Shown here: one piece after another, positions 60,139 to 64,000 of the stretch
Position numbering within the stretch: position 1 is the stretch's first letter
How the letters are laid out: the number at the start of each line of letters is the position of its first letter
DNA from: Penicillus capitatus
Lineage: Eukaryota > Plantae > Chlorophyta
Direction: 5' to 3'
NCBI GenBank assembly: GCA_965649825.1
Contig: OZ287702.1
Coordinates: forward strand, 62,001-126,000
DNA: 64,000 nt
Translations under genes and position numbers: made by a program
Notes under the pieces: model-generated
Database searches by the model: none
Seen by the model: only the letters and a program-made list of their open reading frames with translations
Told to the model about the DNA's origin: nothing

Positions 60139-61949
60139 ATGTTATCTCTTCGCCGTTGGCTTGTTGTGCTCTTCCTTCTGAATTGGCACGTTTCCGACGC
60201 TTCTCTCGACGCGAGCTCCGTCCTTCGCCAAATCTCAACCCGTCATGCCAGAGCAACCAGGTCTAGGGAGGCAAAGAATACAAATGGCGCAGGTAACGTT
60301 GTCTTATCGCGGTGTGCTGCTCAGAAGTGTCAACTGCAGTGAAGAACGCGGCAAACGTTGGCGGACCGTGCCGTTGGAATGCGGCGGCAGCGACCTGTGT
60401 CGTCGGTTACGGCCCCATCGCAGACACCTTCGACGCATCGAGCAACGCCTATGCTCAGCTCGTCGCACAATTCGCCGTAGACACATGGCCACTATGAATG
60501 CCCCTTGACCACGTCTGTTCAGAAATGCTTGGCAATCACAGACGCAGAAACCTGCACTTCCGCATCAAACTGCTCTTGGAACACGTTTTCTCTCCACCTC
60601 TCTCGGCACTTTGCTCGAGGGATCTCTCTGTAGGGATTCTTTGACGTGCCATTTCGTAGATTTCTACTCTGGACATGAGGACTCTCCCTGTGCCACCGGG
60701 GCCTCTAGCTTCTTCAAATCGCTGGTGGCGCAGGAAACGTGCACGCTGCACAAGACCCAGCTTTCCTGCTACAGAGATCCTCTTTGCGGATGGTACGCTC
60801 ATTTTTGGGAAGACCGTCTTGGAGGTGCGGATTTCAAGGAACAAAGATCTCAGAGTGTGTGACTTTGACATTCTTGTCTCTTACATCGGTATCTCGATCG
60901 AACAACTGACCACAGTATTCCAAACGGTTACTCCGACCAGCCGAAAGACTTCAGATATCCTTCCTCCCTACATAGGTGGTTCCCTCCAAAGTGAAAGAAC
61001 TGAAGACGCTGTTCCCTTCGTACTACAACACGACAGCCAAGGATTTTAGATGGGAAGATATTCTGGACTGGGAAGTGCCAGCCACTGGCTGTCCTGAATG
61101 GTCCGACCCATTGGTAGACATACTGTGTGCGAAGTGGGTCCGTGATTTTGCTGGTTATAGATATGTACGTACGCAGATGGTGTGCTGTCTTTGGTTGCAC
61201 AGAGCTTCTATTGTGGAGCTCGGTACAGCAGTCCTGGTGACCGACTGCATTGTACATTGGATCCTCTGTGTCACATCGAACTGCAATCCGGACGCTGTGA
61301 GCAACCGGATGCCACATTTCTTCCGGGAGTCTACAAGGGCATCAAGGTTCGACACGACTTCATCCAGTCTCCCCACCTCTATCACTTGTGTTTCAGGATG
61401 TTGTTTCAACATATGTGGAAGGCGCGCTCGACAAGAAGATCTTGCTTCAGCTCCTCGAATGCTCAGAGATACAAACGGAAGGTTTCTGCAAGAGTGAGGG
61501 AATAGGATGCTGGGCTCTTCATCTACACTTATAGGAATTCTGAAGGTCCCTGTGCATGGAACTACGCTGAAGAGGCCGACATTGAGAGCGAAGAATGCGA
61601 CGTGCGTGGAACGTGGATATCCCAGACCATCGCTGACAGTGGCGATGACTCGGATCCTATTTGCAGAATGGTCAGTACATTAGCGAAAACGAATTGCGTT
61701 GACATCACAGATCCAGAAGCGTGTGATGCAGAACCCGACTGCACCTCCTTGTTACCCGGAAGTAACACGCCTACCTCTTCCCATGCTCTCTCCAAAGGGA
61801 GTGTATGTTTAGTCGACTGCTGGGTATCTGTGGACTACCAGGCAAAGGATGCAGCAGAGACGGACAGTCATTTGAAAGCTGCCTACGATGAATTGGAGGC
61901 GACGTGTTCCTCTTACGAAACGGAAGAGGCGTGCCAAGCGGCCGCCTAG
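60139..61949 (+). CDS. Secreted Cys-rich repeat protein, paralog A
   Basis: Signal peptide MLSLRRWLVVLFLLNWHVSDA, then repeated C-x-W/C-D-x-x-x-D-C modules over multiple exons. Confidence 0.7.
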
Positions 61950-62089
61950 AACCATCCTGTGATTGGACTCCAGATGGAATTGCTCTCTGCGACAAGTGAC
62001 GGCCGGCACAGATGTTGTGTCCATTGCGAATCTACTAGAATTAAACACCACGCTTAACCAACAGTCCACGCGGTATCATTGCGAATTCG

Positions 62090-63937
62090 ATGGCGATGTT
62101 TGCTTTGCCTCTGCGTCTGGTTCTCGCTCTGGGGTGCGTCGTCTGCGCGTCGTCTGCCTCCGTGACGGAGAGAACAGCGAACTATGACGTCAGCGCCGTG
62201 CTGCAGGAGATGCCACCCATTCCTCACCGCATCGCGGCAATGACAAGAAGCATCAAGAGCGTGAGCAACTTCCGCCGCCCGCTGCCGACATTCTCAGAAT
62301 GCATACAGTTTCGGCAAGCGACAAAGAGAGTCGTAAACAGCAGGGGAAGCTGTCGTTGGGACACGGCGAAGGACGCTTGTGTCGTCGGTTACAGTGCCGC
62401 CGCCGACGTCTTCGGCAAATCAGGCAACGCTCAAGCACAATTTGTGGCCAACTACGAGGTGAACAGCGTCACTGCCAGCATCCTGGCCGCATCTGGATTC
62501 CGTAGAGATGTCTCGCAGCTGTTGATGCAGAGGAGTGCGCAGCAATCTCCAATTGTGCATGGGACACGTTGATTCGTGCCCCTCCCTTATACCTGGCTCG
62601 ATCGACGTTGTTATAGGGACTCACTGACATGTCACTTTCTGGATTTCTACACGGGTCATGAGAAATCGCCATGCGTTGTGGGAGCGGAAGGTTTCGTTCG
62701 GCAACAAATTGCGAAAGAAACGTGTCGCCTGCACAAGTCCCAGCTCCCATGCATAACAGATCGCTCCTGTGAATGGTGTGTCTATCGCTGTCTCGGAGAA
62801 GGGTTCGAGATGTCGGCCGTTACAGGAATCAAGAAGAGCTGTCGTGTGAGGCCTCTTTGTTTACGTTTTTTATCGGCGTTCCTATCAGCAAAGTGGTCGA
62901 TGCTGCTCACGCGGTCTGCCGTATCTCCTTACCGACGCCTGTTTAGATTGCTTTCTTCAGGTGATCGGTCACAAGTCTACCGAACTGTTGTTTCGTTTCT
63001 ACACTTCCTTTGACCTCTTCGGCGAGAGCTTCGAACCTGCAGACATATTGGACTGGGAAATACCGGAAACGAGCTGCCCCGACTGGTCAGATCAGCTGGT
63101 AGAATAGACGGAGAGGGCAGGCACAGTGCATCACTTGGGATTTGCAGGTCTGCGACTATGCAGATGGCGTACTGTCGACGATGGCACAGTCCTATTACTG
63201 TGGCGCTAAGCACCAGGGTTTTCAGGGATTGCTGGAATGTGCCACAGATCCGCTGTGCGAACTGGATCCGTCTTCCTTTACCTGCAGACAGACAGACGAT
63301 TCCTTTCGTTCGGGAGTCTTCAAAGGAATTAAGGTCCATTTGTTTGCGATCTCGAGATTAGGCAACGTGATAGATGGGTGTCTGTAACAGACCGTTGTCT
63401 CAAAATACGTTCAGCTGCCTGTCGACAAGAAACTCTTGCTTCGATCCTTTGAGTGTGTAGAGATCGAAGAGAAGGAGAAGTGCACAAGTGCGACCCAGAC
63501 ATCGACGGGGATGTGCATTCTTAGGCTTTGTGCAGGTCCATGTGTGTGGGTGGCGGACAAGACAGCGCCGAATGAAACTGGAATCTGCGGGATTCCGAAC
63601 ACATGGAGCTACAATGTGGTTGCCGAGGCTGGAGATGACTCGGATCCTATCTGCAGAATGGCCAGTGCATTAGCGAAAACGAATTGCGTTGACATCACAG
63701 ATCCAGAAGCGTGTGATGCAGAACCCGACTGCACCTCCTTGTTACCCGGAAGTAACGCCTGCCTCTTCCCATGCTCTCTCCAAAGGAAATGTATGTTTTG
63801 TAGATTGCTGGGTATCTGTGGACTACCAGGCAAAAGATGTGGCAGAGACGGACAGCGATTTGAAAGCTGCCTACGATGAATTGGAGGCGGTGTGTTCCTC
63901 TTGCGAAACAGAAGAGGCATGTCATGGAAAGATGTAA
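62090..63937 (+). CDS. Secreted Cys-rich repeat protein, paralog B (tandem duplicate)
   Basis: Signal peptide MAMFALPLRLVLALGCVVCASSA. Exons are colinear with paralog A (CRWDTAKDACVVGY, RDSLTCHFLDFY, TNCVDITDPEACDAEPDC). Confidence 0.7.
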
Positions 63938-63942
63938 GATCG

Positions 63943-64000
63943 ATCAGGCGGTGCGATAGGAAATGAGAAGCTCATGAAGAAGCACCACGTTGTTGTTCTG
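63943..64000 (-). other. 3' end of another copy of the OPR/RAP-like gene (continues beyond the window)
   Basis: 58 nt are nearly identical to 13615-13672. They encode ...NNVVLLHELLISYRTA*, and similarity ends at the stop codon. Confidence 0.7.

Overview
This is a gene-dense eukaryotic nuclear sequence, not a prokaryotic one. It has about 35 protein-coding loci split by very short introns (about 34-60 nt, GT-AG plus a few GC-AG) and one tRNA-Thr(UGU). Plastid transit peptides, cyanobacterial-derived genes (ACP, DUF1818), flagellar genes (NME7, CFAP210-like, PPP4R4) and an algal-type P2X receptor point to a green alga with a compact genome and a flagellated stage. The exact lineage cannot be fixed from the sequence, and the standard genetic code fits. 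Housekeeping genes include XRN2/3, DDX27, BUD23, ARF1, MRPL43, VID27, pirin, RNF25 and CDCA7. An island at 11.1-15.2 kb holds a 5'-truncated LINE, a Crypton-like remnant, a decayed OPR/RAP-like gene and a 41-bp minisatellite. A 1.3-kb segment of this island plus the 5' end of SAS10 is duplicated at 54.1-55.5 kb, where it abuts an orphan callose-synthase N-terminal fragment. The most unusual gene architectures are (1) a probably plastid-targeted fusion of a cyanobacterial RecG-type N-terminal domain with a YqaJ/lambda-exonuclease domain, (2) a ZNF598/Hel2 N-terminal half joined to an NFX1/NFXL1-type C-terminal half, (3) a SAS10 with an NGDN/Lcp5-like centre, and (4) a P2X receptor with a C-terminal EF-hand. 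All family assignments come from motif recognition by eye with no database searches, and exon boundaries are approximate.
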